A DNA stretch of 64,000 nucleotides from an uncultured Gammaproteobacteria bacterium (GTDB lineage: Bacteria > Pseudomonadota > Gammaproteobacteria > JAURND01). Under the pieces are notes generated by a model, which was not told the origin of the DNA, searched no databases, and saw nothing but the letters and a program-made list of their open reading frames with translations. Each line of letters begins with the position of its first letter. Positions within the stretch are counted from its first letter, which is position 1. Shown here in pieces: positions 9,495-19,612 of this stretch. The DNA lies in assembly GCA_963813895.1 (NCBI GenBank), contig CAWFAS010000002.1:209410-273409 (forward strand), written 5' to 3'. Both the position numbers and the translations under genes were made by a program.

Positions 9495-9979
9495 AAGCCG
9501 AGACCGAAAAATTCGAGCCGCGCGCGTCAGCAAGCGTTGCCTGAACATCAGCAAGCACTATCACCTCTAAGATACTCTTAGGCTCTGTAAAACAATAACT
9601 TATCTTTTTAGCATCCCATCTAAGACTCATCTTCGCAGGCGGGAGGGTGTAGAAAAACACTTACATAGAACAACCGACGTAGTCGTCCCGGCATGGAAGC
9701 CGGGATCCAGATCACAGGATGTGAAAGTTTCGCTTTCCTGCGCCCTGGATCCCGGCTTCCTGCCGGGACGACGTTCCGTCGACTATGCGCGCATTTTTCT
9801 ACACCCTCCCGCCTGCAAATCTGAGCCTCAGCTGGGCGCTAAAAAGATAAGTTATTGTTTTACAGAGCCTTAGCTTTCAAACTCCGCATCGCTCAAAGAG
9901 AGTCATACTATCAAAGAGCCTTGTACAGCATGGGCGATGCTTGCTGACGCGCGCGGCTCGGATTTTTCGGTCTCGGCTT
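9495..9979. repeat. CCGAGCCGCG-type REP doublet (about 47-bp inverted arms) interrupted by a MITE
   Basis: AAGCCGAGACCGAAAAATTCGAGCCGCGCGCGTCAGCAAGCGTTGCC at 9495-9541 and a near-perfect inverse at 9933-9979. Confidence 0.8.
9581..9869 (+). mobile_element. 289-bp MITE with GGCTCTGTAAAACAATAAC termini and TTA duplication (IS5-family-like), copy 1
   Basis: Long terminal inverted repeats; flanks cTTA|...|TTAg; near-identical inverted copy at 24160-24448; central GTCGTCCCGGC..GGGATCCAG REP doublet. Confidence 0.9.
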
Positions 9980-10086
9980 TCTGCTGAAACGAGGCACTTG
10001 AATCAACGCCTCCAGATTACTCTAAAGGAATGGGTAACGAATCCCCTATGAAATAGCATTGACTGCGCAACCTCTTACATAGTTAT

Positions 10087-10119
10087 TTTAATACTTTGTT
10101 AATCATTCATGGTTAGAAT
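10087..10119 (+). promoter_or_regulatory. PmrA-type box with -10 element
   Basis: TTTAATACT-tt-GTTAATCAT-N7-TAGAAT matches the cTTAATatT-N2-cTTAATatT repeat known from Legionella/Coxiella effector promoters. Confidence 0.7.
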
Positions 10120-10155
10120 ACTACAAAGTGAATTTTCATAAAGGAGAAATGTATT

Positions 10156-12855
10156 ATGTTTGATCCATCAAAACGTATAGAACAAGTTTTTGAAGAAACG
10201 CCTGAACAAACAGAATCAACCGATGATGAAAAGCCCAATAATAATGAAAATGTTGCCATTACACCAGAAAATTTGGTAGAGGCAATAAAGGCGGGGAAGG
10301 TAGAAAAAGCAAAGGAATTATTGGACAAGGGCATGGATGTAAATACCGAAATCGAGCCTGGTGTTATCCCGTTACACATAGCGTTAGAAGAGATATTGCC
10401 CAGGAGCGTTGCAGAGCCTCGTATTCCACTAAATATGCTTGAATTGTTACTGGAAAAAAAGGCCGATGTGAATAAAATACACAGACCCTTCTCCAAAAAA
10501 AAAGGCCCCCCCTTAGAGCTACCATTATATACCGCTGTGTGTTACGGTCACACACCCACCGTTGAATTATTGTTGAAAGCAAAAGCAGATGTAAATATGC
10601 CAGTTCGTACTACTGGAGTCGGAATTCTCGAGATGGTGAAAAAAATATTTTTCCAGGAAGTTTTAAACCCTAAGCAAGAAAACAATTATCATGATATCAT
10701 CAGCTTGTTACAGGAAGCTAAAAATAAAGAAGCGAAGTTGAAACCCAAAAGTTCCAGGCAGAACGGAGAAGAAGAACCCTATACGAAACAGCCCAAGATT
10801 AAAAACATACCCCAGCAGAAATCCCCCCGGGAACAGTTTGATGACGCCTGTAAAAAGCGTAACAAGAATGATATAAACCGCCTGTTGCAAAAAGAGCCTA
10901 CACTATTAACAGTCGATAATATTGTTGCCTCACTTGAGTTTGGTGTGGAAGAAGGCGTGTTCAGCGCGTTGAAGAAAAAGTATAAGCAAGAAAACGATTG
11001 GAGAAAAAATTATGAGACGAGATTAGCGGAGTTACAGGATGTTGTGGCATTAAAGCTTAAAGATACATCAATAACCGATAAGAAACTGCGGCAGCGTTGG
11101 CAGGCGGCAAATAAATATTTAGAAGAACAACTGCGCTCCCTCCAAGAAAAACAGAATTCGAAAGAAGATGTCGTTATAAAAAATCCGTTAAACGATACAG
11201 AAAGGTTACGCGAAAAGATTAAGCAACAGAAAGAGGATATCGTCCGTAAAACGGAGTCTTGGAAACTAAAAATAAAAAAATCAAGTCTGAAAGAAAATCA
11301 AAAAGCCAACCCCAGATCCACATTAAACAGCTGGGAAAAAATAGCTCAGGATAAGGCAAAGTTAGCATTGGGCGATTGTTCAGAAGATGATCTGAGAAAA
11401 GATAGCGAGGAGTTAGAAAAGATAGTAAATAAACTGGTGGGTTTTAAATTACCGCATGAAAATAACTGGCAGCAGGCGCCAGCGAACAACGGGCAAAGAA
11501 ATAATAGGAATAGACAACAAAATAAACCAGCGCCAAGGTCACGAGAACCTGGGAGTAAACGTCAAGCACTACCCAGGAGGCAGGTAACCGCGTCTGCGTT
11601 ACCTAAGGCGGCTCACGGGGTGGAAGAGAAAAAACCGATAAAACCGCCAGAATTAAAGCATAAACCAGGGGATGCTGAAGTAAAACAGATTAGCCCTGCA
11701 ACGTTAAAGCAGCATCCGGTTGATCGATTGCATGTGGAGTTGATGCATCTGATTACGTGGCATAAATCGGTAGAGGAAGCAAAGAGCACGAATAGCGAAT
11801 CTGCATTTCGTAATAGCCTGGTGGGGTTGCAATGTCTGCGCGAAGTGTTGGCACTCACGGTGACGTGTACACGGAATAATCCAGATGGTTTTTTCATTGT
11901 GGATAAAACTGATCAAGCGAATTTTGATAAACAACTGCGATTCTACGAATGGATGTTGGCAGTAAAAAGATACAGCCTGCAGCAGAGAGACGGGGGTATA
12001 GAATACGACCTGCCAGCCTTGATTAAATCAACGGTGGCGCATTGCCTTGCACCAGATGGTTTGGTGAAAAAACTGTTACATTCTTTACGCGGAACGGAGC
12101 ACAGTGTAACTTCTGCCTGGAGCGAACAACAATACAAGACGCTGTATGCAGCGTTGTATCCTTTGTTAGAGAAATCAGACCCGATACGCTTTGATGAAAA
12201 CGACCGTGTGTTGCCAACACCAAAATATCCATTAACAGAAACCGAGCTGTCTAAAAAGCTAACCGAGTTTGTAGAAAACCATCAAGATAATACGCCATTG
12301 GCAACGCAACATGTGCGCTTGATCTGGGTTATATTGGAAGATATCGTGAAGTTTTATCAAGAACAACTAGATGCCATTCAGAAGTTCATGAGTGATTTCA
12401 GTACAGGGTGGGATCATTTGGGTGAACCGAAAGAGGAGAGACCTTATCTACAAGCCATAGGGGCACTGAGACAATTATCTGCGTTAATTCAACTCTGTGG
12501 TGGGCAGATTGCTACAGACTATCACGGCAAATTTAAATCATTCGTCGACGCATGTCGTGATTACGCAAGTGGAGTGGCGCATCGTAGGATCATCCCATTA
12601 GATGTAGAGAGGTTGCTTGAAATATGTAGCTTAGCCTGCCAAACGTACAATCAATTATCGCAAAAACCACGCGTGACGGCCTCATTCAGAAGCAGTTTGC
12701 CTATGACATCCTCACAGCGCAACTATAGCAGCCTGACAGACTCGCAAGGATTTCTGCCGCCGCCAAAGCCGCCTAAAATTCAAACTCCTGCCCCGAGTAT
12801 ACAAAGCCCAGAAACCCCTGTGGTTTTGAATCGGGAAGGAGACCCGGGGTTATAA
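10156..12855 (+). CDS. Ankyrin-repeat and coiled-coil protein; candidate Dot/Icm effector
   Basis: Ankyrin motifs (LLDKGMDVN, PLHIAL, PLYTAVCYGHTPTVELLLKAKADVN), coiled coil, Pro-rich tail; AAGGAG RBS; upstream PmrA box. Confidence 0.85.
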   Translation: MFDPSKRIEQVFEETPEQTESTDDEKPNNNENVAITPENLVEAIKAGKVEKAKELLDKGMDVNTEIEPGVIPLHIALEEILPRSVAEPRIPLNMLELLLEKKADVNKIHRPFSKKKGPPLELPLYTAVCYGHTPTVELLLKAKADVNMPVRTTGVGILEMVKKIFFQEVLNPKQENNYHDIISLLQEAKNKEAKLKPKSSRQNGEEEPYTKQPKIKNIPQQKSPREQFDDACKKRNKNDINRLLQKEPTLLTVDNIVASLEFGVEEGVFSALKKKYKQENDWRKNYETRLAELQDVVALKLKDTSITDKKLRQRWQAANKYLEEQLRSLQEKQNSKEDVVIKNPLNDTERLREKIKQQKEDIVRKTESWKLKIKKSSLKENQKANPRSTLNSWEKIAQDKAKLALGDCSEDDLRKDSEELEKIVNKLVGFKLPHENNWQQAPANNGQRNNRNRQQNKPAPRSREPGSKRQALPRRQVTASALPKAAHGVEEKKPIKPPELKHKPGDAEVKQISPATLKQHPVDRLHVELMHLITWHKSVEEAKSTNSESAFRNSLVGLQCLREVLALTVTCTRNNPDGFFIVDKTDQANFDKQLRFYEWMLAVKRYSLQQRDGGIEYDLPALIKSTVAHCLAPDGLVKKLLHSLRGTEHSVTSAWSEQQYKTLYAALYPLLEKSDPIRFDENDRVLPTPKYPLTETELSKKLTEFVENHQDNTPLATQHVRLIWVILEDIVKFYQEQLDAIQKFMSDFSTGWDHLGEPKEERPYLQAIGALRQLSALIQLCGGQIATDYHGKFKSFVDACRDYASGVAHRRIIPLDVERLLEICSLACQTYNQLSQKPRVTASFRSSLPMTSSQRNYSSLTDSQGFLPPPKPPKIQTPAPSIQSPETPVVLNREGDPGL

Positions 12856-13250
12856 TGATACAACCACATCAAATGAAAGGTTAGGATCGCGTATTCAAGA
12901 CAATTTCCGAAGGAATACTTTTTAACCGCTTCAATTTTGTTATACATATAGCGCGCCTCGTTTTCCGATAGGAAAAAACTATTTATTATTCTTATTGATC
13001 GAACATCCGTTACACCTTTAAAGATGGCGACAGATTTTTCCAATAGTAATTTATTATTTTCGGGATCAGTGCTACTTTTAGCAATAAAAGATTTAACTTT
13101 TTTTCTAACCGCTAAAAATAAAGCCATATCTGGATCTTTGGAGACCTGGTCAGTGAACACAGATTTTAAATCTTCTTTTTTTGATTCGTTTTTAAAAAAG
13201 CGATCGTGAATTTGCGATGCTTTATTTTCTCTGGGCGTGTGATCTGACAT
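12780..13250 (-). pseudogene. Probably truncated papain-fold/deamidase-like protein
   Basis: MSDHTPRENK...KYSFGNCLEYAIL; shortly after GNCxExA the frame runs antisense into the ankyrin gene. Confidence 0.45.
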
Positions 13251-13502
13251 GAGGACATTCCAATAAATAGGTATATGAGATGACGTGATCCAGTCTGGAT
13301 TTATGCGATTTCTAATGCGCCTCCACGTTTTGGCTTTTCCCCTCTGCTGTCTACGACAGAGGGTGAGCATGTTCAATTTAGCACGAACTGAAACACCCTC
13401 ATCCCCGCACATCCAACGCAATTTGATTTTAAATAGATTACCAGTTAAATTGGCGAGGATCACCCAGGATTTGACCTCGTCCCCTCAAGTTAAGGAAATC
13501 AA

Positions 13503-15056
13503 ATGCACAATTATATACGAACTCCCTGCAAAGAGATTCCTATCGGTAAAGCTGTATCTTCTACGCAAGCAACTAAATATAAAAAATGGACATTATTGGC
13601 GACGATCTTAGGATCCAGTATAGCCTTTATTGATGGCAGCATAGTCAATATTGCGTTAGCAGCCATTCAAAATGCGCTGCATGCTTCAATTAATCAATTG
13701 CAATGGATAGTTGAGGCTTATTCGTTGACCTTAGCTGCTTTGCTCATCATTGGCGGATCATTGGGTGATATTTATGGTCGACGCCTTATTTTTTTAATTG
13801 GGCTATGTATTTTTACCATTGCTTCGATTGCGTGTGGATTAGCTTTGACGATGACGCAATTAATCACAGCGCGAACTATTCAAGGAATGGGGGCTGCACT
13901 ACTGGTTCCAGGCAGCCTGGCGCTTATCAGCGCATCTTTTCCTGAGGAAGAACGAGGACAAGCCATTGGAACTTGGGCTGCATTTACTTCCATCATGGCA
14001 GCCGCCGCTCCAATAGTGGGTGGCTGGCTGGTACAACATGCCACGTGGAAATGGATTTTTTTTCTAAATGTACCGTTAGCTATTATCGTTTTTATTATCA
14101 CTTTAATTTACGTTGAGGAAAGTAAAAATGCGCAACGGAATGGAAAACTCGATATCCTAGGATCACTTCTTCTGATAGTTGGGCTGGGTACCATTACTTT
14201 TGGATTCATCGAATGGCAAAAAAATTCTGGTATTCATTTTATGGTGGAAATTATCGGCATATGCGCACTGTCAGGATTTTTTTGGGTTGAAGCACGGAGT
14301 TCCTCTCCCATGCTACCGCTTAAAATCTTTCGTTCACGTAATTTCAGTGCGGCCAATCTGATTACCTTTTTTATATACTTTGCCCTGTATGGTATGCTTT
14401 TCTTTTTGCCTTTAGATTTAATTCAGATTCAAGGCTATACGGCAACCCAAGCCGGTGCGGCATTACTTCCACTCATCTTATCCATTTTTCTACTGTCGCG
14501 ATGGTCGGGTGGATTGGTCAAAAAGATAGGGGCTCGATTACCACTGGTGATTGGTCCTGCCATTACCGCTGTGGGTTATGGATTATTTATTGTTGCAAAT
14601 ACGGGTGATTCTTATTGGACCAGTTTTTTTCCTGCTGCAATCGTTTTGGGTATAGGTATGGCGATTAGTGTTGCGCCGCTTACTACGGTAGTCATGAACT
14701 CTATTGCTGAAAATTATGTTGGGGCAGCTTCAGGAGTCAATAACGCCATTTCTGAAATTGGCAGTCTTTTAGCAATCGCTATTCTTGGACTGGTGATGAC
14801 CATGATTTTTAATCAACAACTGGAAACAAAGTTGAGAAACTCTTCTTTGCCCATCCAAGTTAAACAAGAAATTATTGCTCAGAAAAGTAACTTAGCGGAT
14901 ATCAAAACCAGTGATCAGCTCGCCGCTCAAATCATACGAACATCTTTTATTGGAGGCTATGAGACGGTCTTATGGATTGCCGTTACATTTTCTTTGATGA
15001 GTTCATTAACAGCAGGAGTCTTTATCACCCCAAGCAGAGCAAAGCTTAACTCATAA
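13503..15056 (+). CDS. MFS drug:H+ antiporter (DHA2, 14 TMS)
   Basis: DGSIVNIAL, GGSLGDIYGRR (motif A), WKWIFFLNVP. Confidence 0.9.
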   Translation: MHNYIRTPCKEIPIGKAVSSTQATKYKKWTLLATILGSSIAFIDGSIVNIALAAIQNALHASINQLQWIVEAYSLTLAALLIIGGSLGDIYGRRLIFLIGLCIFTIASIACGLALTMTQLITARTIQGMGAALLVPGSLALISASFPEEERGQAIGTWAAFTSIMAAAAPIVGGWLVQHATWKWIFFLNVPLAIIVFIITLIYVEESKNAQRNGKLDILGSLLLIVGLGTITFGFIEWQKNSGIHFMVEIIGICALSGFFWVEARSSSPMLPLKIFRSRNFSAANLITFFIYFALYGMLFFLPLDLIQIQGYTATQAGAALLPLILSIFLLSRWSGGLVKKIGARLPLVIGPAITAVGYGLFIVANTGDSYWTSFFPAAIVLGIGMAISVAPLTTVVMNSIAENYVGAASGVNNAISEIGSLLAIAILGLVMTMIFNQQLETKLRNSSLPIQVKQEIIAQKSNLADIKTSDQLAAQIIRTSFIGGYETVLWIAVTFSLMSSLTAGVFITPSRAKLNS

Positions 15057-15602
15057 GGGACCAGCTAATTCCACTATCTCCACACGCTGATTTTGCGCAC
15101 GCCCCTTATCAGTCTCATTAGTGGCTATCGGCGCTAATTGGGCTAAGCCTCGTGGGACCATGCGCCTGGCATCAATTCCGTAATTCTTAATGAGCTCTAC
15201 AACCAACGCCTGTGCTCGCCGTTGTGATAAGCTGAGATTATAGGTTAGCATTCCCAAATTATCGGTATGAACAGTAATAAAAACTCTAAGATCTGGATTA
15301 TTCTTTAATACTTTTGCTATTTCAGCCAGTTGCGGTATAGATTCGGATTTGACTTCTGTTTTATCAGAGGAGAATAAAATATTATAGAATATCGCATGCC
15401 CATTTTTAACCAAATCCTGATTAATCTGATCGGCCTTCAGGGGGGGCATAGGGGCAAATGGCTGAGCATTGACTGTTACAGATTGAGGGGGATTAATACT
15501 CCCGGTAACCGGTATAGATCCAACCGCAGCAAAAGCGGGGAGCAAAACTGCTGTGGAAGATATTACAAAACCAAGTATAAATATTAGACGAAAACGGGCC
15601 AT
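15051..15602 (-). CDS. Exported OmpA-like peptidoglycan-binding domain protein
   Basis: Signal-peptide-like MARFRLIFILG...AFA; HTDN, NLSLSQRRA, GRAQNQRVEI. Confidence 0.85.
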   Translation of the reverse strand: MARFRLIFILGFVISSTAVLLPAFAAVGSIPVTGSINPPQSVTVNAQPFAPMPPLKADQINQDLVKNGHAIFYNILFSSDKTEVKSESIPQLAEIAKVLKNNPDLRVFITVHTDNLGMLTYNLSLSQRRAQALVVELIKNYGIDARRMVPRGLAQLAPIATNETDKGRAQNQRVEIVELAGPL

Positions 15603-15749
15603 TGGTTGATTCCTTTCAATAATGTATACTGATCCATCTGTACCCCAAAATGCATTACATGCAACAAGGTGATCTAAGAAATAGTGCCAGAACCCCACGT
15701 TTTATTCAATCTGAAATAGCTTACGGCAACTCAACTTTACCCGCGAGAG

Positions 15750-17522
15750 ATGGAATCAGCTATGCATGAAATACCATTTATACAAGATCTTGCTATTATT
15801 ATGGCCACAGCGGGTATTGTCACTATCCTGTTTCATAAAATCAAGCAACCCATCGTACTGGGATATATTCTAGCTGGTGCTATTATTGGTCCCTATACAC
15901 CTACTCTTATTTTTATAAGCGACCAAAACACTATTCGGATATTTTCTGAATTAGGCGTTATTTTTTTAATGTTTTCCTTGGGATTGGAATTCAGTCTACG
16001 CAAATTGATGAAAGTGGGTATTCCCGCTGTAGCAGCTGCCGTCTTGGAGATTGCTGTCATGATCTGGGTTGGCTATAAAATCGGTGGCTATTTCAACTGG
16101 AACAGTACTGATTCTTTATTCTTGGGCGCGATGCTGGCTATTTCTTCTACGACCATCATCGTAAAAACATTAAGTGACCTATCTTTGACCAAAGAACATT
16201 TTGCGCAACTTATTTTTGGGATTTTAATAGTTGAGGATATTCTTGCCATTGCCATTCTGGCATTGCTCAGTAGTATGGGCACCAGTAACGTAATTAGCGT
16301 ATCCCAAGTTGCGCTCACCCTAGGAAAGCTACTGCTATTTTTAATTGTATCGCTATGCATTGGCATTTTGACCGTACCACGTTTTTTATCATACGTAGGT
16401 AAACTCCGGGGTGAAGAAACCCTACTCATAACAGTGCTAGGTTTGTGCTTTGGATTTTGCCTGTTAGTAGTCAAGTTACATTACAGCATTGTTCTAGGCG
16501 CTTTCATTATTGGCGCGGTTATCGCAGAATCCCGCCAAATTGCAGCTATCGAACGTCTAATAATTCCTTTGCGTGATATGTTCAGTGCAGTTTTTTTTGT
16601 TACCATCGGTTTAATGTTAGATCCAAGCGTATTAACTCAATATGCCTTCCCAATACTAGTCATTACTTTAGCCGTGGTTCTTGGAAAAGTAATTACCTGT
16701 AGCTTTGGAATATTTATCACCGGACAGGGAGAAAGAACAGGATTGCGTGTCGGCATGGGATTAGCCCAAATTGGCGAATTTTCCTTTATTATCGCTTCCT
16801 TAGGGTTATCACTTAATGTTACTTCTAAATTTTTGTATCCAATAGCTGTTTCTGTTTCGTCGCTTACGACATTGTTGACTCCCTATCTAATTCGCTTGGC
16901 TGACCCCTTAGCAAATACAATCCATAAAAGACTGCCCAAACGGATTAGTTACGTAACGCAGATTTATACTACCTGGTTACGTGCTATACAACATAACCGC
17001 CAGAAATCTGAGATTAAACGGGTGGTACAGAAAAGTCTTATTAATATATTTATAAATCTGGCATTGGTAGCAGCTATTTTCATTAGTATTTCTTATCTGC
17101 AGACCACTGTTTCCCAACAACTATTCGCACATTTAAGTAGTCAATTAAACAAAACCATCCTCTGGGCCAGTGCCTTAGTGTGTTCCCTACCCTTTCTGGT
17201 GGCCATTTACCGTAAGTTACAAGCATTAAGTATGATATTGGCTGAGTTCAGCGTAAGAAGGCACATTATCGGACGTTTCACTAACAAGGCCAGAAAAATT
17301 ATCTCTGAAGTTATTCCCGTTTTTTCCATGACTGTTATCATGATTTTTATATTTATTTTAAGTTCTAGTATCTTACCTCGGATAGAGTTACTGATTTTTA
17401 TCATTGCAGGCGGTATTGTGTTATCGATATTGCTCTGGAATTGGTTTGTAAAATTCCATTCTCGATTGCAGATAAGTCTAATTGAAACTATGAAAAAACA
17501 TGACCATAAACCCCACCATTGA
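15750..17522 (+). CDS. CPA2-family monovalent cation:proton antiporter
   Basis: QPIVLGYILAG, ELGVIFLMFSLGLEFS, ISSTTII, IVED, AQIGEFSFII. Confidence 0.9.
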   Translation: MESAMHEIPFIQDLAIIMATAGIVTILFHKIKQPIVLGYILAGAIIGPYTPTLIFISDQNTIRIFSELGVIFLMFSLGLEFSLRKLMKVGIPAVAAAVLEIAVMIWVGYKIGGYFNWNSTDSLFLGAMLAISSTTIIVKTLSDLSLTKEHFAQLIFGILIVEDILAIAILALLSSMGTSNVISVSQVALTLGKLLLFLIVSLCIGILTVPRFLSYVGKLRGEETLLITVLGLCFGFCLLVVKLHYSIVLGAFIIGAVIAESRQIAAIERLIIPLRDMFSAVFFVTIGLMLDPSVLTQYAFPILVITLAVVLGKVITCSFGIFITGQGERTGLRVGMGLAQIGEFSFIIASLGLSLNVTSKFLYPIAVSVSSLTTLLTPYLIRLADPLANTIHKRLPKRISYVTQIYTTWLRAIQHNRQKSEIKRVVQKSLINIFINLALVAAIFISISYLQTTVSQQLFAHLSSQLNKTILWASALVCSLPFLVAIYRKLQALSMILAEFSVRRHIIGRFTNKARKIISEVIPVFSMTVIMIFIFILSSSILPRIELLIFIIAGGIVLSILLWNWFVKFHSRLQISLIETMKKHDHKPHH

Positions 17523-17640
17523 AACTCAAAAGATACAATCTTCACTTAATACATTTGGTTTCTATAGACAAAAACATTAAAAAATGATAAAAAACGACGC
17601 TCTTATCATTTTGGATCGTAGTCAACTTCAATGATTTATC

Positions 17641-17733
17641 GTAACTATTCAGCATAGGCTAGCTTTCTCCCTTCTCCCGCAAGCGGGAGAAGGGGAGAAA
17701 GCCGACCCTCAATCTGGAGTGCTGAATAGTTAC
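17641..17733. mobile_element. 93-bp IS66-like MITE with 8-bp TSD carrying a REP hairpin
   Basis: GTAACTATTCAGCA...TGCTGAATAGTTAC termini; GATTTATC duplicated at 17633-17640 and 17734-17741; internal CTTCTCCCGCAAGCGGGAGAAG hairpin. Confidence 0.9.
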
Positions 17734-17911
17734 GATTTATCTAAATCTGACGTATAGATTTCTGTGCCCAACAAGTCTTATAATCCAGTAGAGGTTCCAT
17801 TCTCTTCAGTGTTTCTTAAGGGACTTCCTCGGCATGAGGCATTTGCAAATCCGGTTTAGAAGTACATACAGTTACGATAAAAATAAAATTCGGTCGTTAG
17901 TGGAGAAACTT

Positions 17912-18229
17912 ATGTTGGGACAAGTACAACTTAGAAAAGAAATTGCCATACGCTTAAAACAAGCACGAAAAAACATTGGTTTTGATTCTGCTGAAGCATT
18001 TTGCCAACAAACTGGACTTTCAATGGATGGGTATCCGCGTCACGAGGACGGCAGCATTGCACTTCAAGCTTCACAAGCCATACAATACAGTAAATTGTTA
18101 CATGTTTCTCTGCATTGGCTAATGTTCGGGGAGACGCAATTAAAGCCGCACCAAAGGTATAAACGCAGAGCTAACCCCAAAAAACCTGATGCCTCAAAGA
18201 AGAAAACTGCATCACGATTAAAATCCTAA
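17912..18229 (+). CDS. XRE-family helix-turn-helix protein with basic tail
   Basis: RLKQARKNIG..HEDG...LHVSLHWLMFGE; GGAG RBS before ATG 17912. Confidence 0.8.
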   Translation: MLGQVQLRKEIAIRLKQARKNIGFDSAEAFCQQTGLSMDGYPRHEDGSIALQASQAIQYSKLLHVSLHWLMFGETQLKPHQRYKRRANPKKPDASKKKTASRLKS

Positions 18230-18296
18230 TTCCAAAAACCTAATTATAGAGTCTGCTCTTGCGGTACTTCTTTTCGAACCGCAGATCGAGGCATAT

Positions 18297-18355
18297 AGAA
18301 ACCTCATTTCTGGGTCCCGCAGGACTGAGCAGGCTATAGCGTGAGCAGCAGTTAT
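18297..18355 (+). repeat. Decayed right half of the 29182-type MITE
   Basis: GAAACCTCATTTCTGGGTCCCGC...GTGAGCAGCAGTTA resembles GAAATCTCATTTCTGGATCCCGC...GTGAGCAGTTAC. Confidence 0.5.
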
Positions 18356-18395
18356 CTTACATCAATCAATAGTCTTGGCATATACGCTATCAAAA

Positions 18396-19586
18396 TCAAC
18401 TATATCTTCTAAGCGCATAAGCCAATAAAGGATCAAGCACTCTATACTGCCCTTTTTTTAATGCCGGAATAAGAGGGTCTTCATTTTTCACGCGATGAAC
18501 CATATCTTTATCCACTAAAGCTTTTACTCCAATTCTGACACTGGATAGTGGGAGACCGACCTCAGCTAAAAACTTTTGATTGCCAGGTTCGCTGACGGGT
18601 GTTTGTGCAATTGTTTTAAGAATATCTTGCTGATTTGCAGTAAGTTTTTCCAGTTCAGAAACTAATCGACGATCTTCAATTTCATAGCACATCAGCCATG
18701 CATTCATAACATCATCCACTGTGGGCATTTGGCCGGACCGCTTGGAGTGTTTAAGATAAGCCGCTTCTCCATGCCAAATTTCGTTGCAGAGCATGTTAAC
18801 ATAAAAGGGATGTAATTCAGTCAGGCCAAAAATCCGGTTCAAAACTGACTGATCAATGGGTTTTCCCCATTTATCTTGCGCTGCATCCTGAATGTAGGAA
18901 ATATAATCCTTAGACGACATCCGATTCAATAGAATTTTGTCGCATAGCATATAAAGCGGTTTATTCTTATCATCAAATAATTCCAGCAACAGATGACGAG
19001 TGCTTCCTGAAAAGACGAAAACCAGATTTGAAGTATCCTGTGCAACATTGCGAATTGCGCCCTGGATGGATTTTGAATTTTCTGCATTGGCTATATCTTG
19101 AAATTCATCAAGGAAAAGCAAAATTTTCTTTTGTTTAGACTCGGCTAATTTAGCTAAAGACTTAAGTGAATCAAAAATTTGTTCCACGGGGTCAAATCCG
19201 GTCGTCTCATGTGATAATTGCAAGCCAAAGCCGCCAGCTTGCATTACGATTTTGAAATGACTGAAGAAGCCTTGCGCAGTAGTTAAGGCTTTTTGGGACA
19301 AGGGCATGATCTGGGAAATGACCTGAGCAATACCGTCAAGGATGCGTTTAGTAATGGCTTTGCCATCATGCGCCAGGAATAAATCGATGAATGCACAAGG
19401 AATCCGCATATCCACTACAACCTGATGAACCAAACTGGATTTTCCGTAGCGTCTGGGTGACACCAGAACCGTGTGGCGGCTACGTTTAATATTGTTGATT
19501 AACAAAGCCCGCTCTTTAATCCGATTACAGAAACGGGGCGCTTTGGCTAATTTGGAAGAGAAATAATCGATAAAAGTTAGTTTCAT
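18396..19586 (-). CDS. Archaeal-type/STAND-like AAA+ ATPase with probable C-terminal winged helix
   Basis: FCNR..E, Walker A SPRRYGKSS, Walker B FLDEFQ, FSGS, HPFYVN, terminal DPLL. Confidence 0.85.
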   Translation of the reverse strand: MKLTFIDYFSSKLAKAPRFCNRIKERALLINNIKRSRHTVLVSPRRYGKSSLVHQVVVDMRIPCAFIDLFLAHDGKAITKRILDGIAQVISQIMPLSQKALTTAQGFFSHFKIVMQAGGFGLQLSHETTGFDPVEQIFDSLKSLAKLAESKQKKILLFLDEFQDIANAENSKSIQGAIRNVAQDTSNLVFVFSGSTRHLLLELFDDKNKPLYMLCDKILLNRMSSKDYISYIQDAAQDKWGKPIDQSVLNRIFGLTELHPFYVNMLCNEIWHGEAAYLKHSKRSGQMPTVDDVMNAWLMCYEIEDRRLVSELEKLTANQQDILKTIAQTPVSEPGNQKFLAEVGLPLSSVRIGVKALVDKDMVHRVKNEDPLIPALKKGQYRVLDPLLAYALRRYS

Positions 19587-19612
19587 AAAGTGATATTAGT
19601 GTATCCAAGGTT

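Noticed and set aside
9454-9660. 68-aa ORF
   Set aside because: Lies within the REP and MITE sequence
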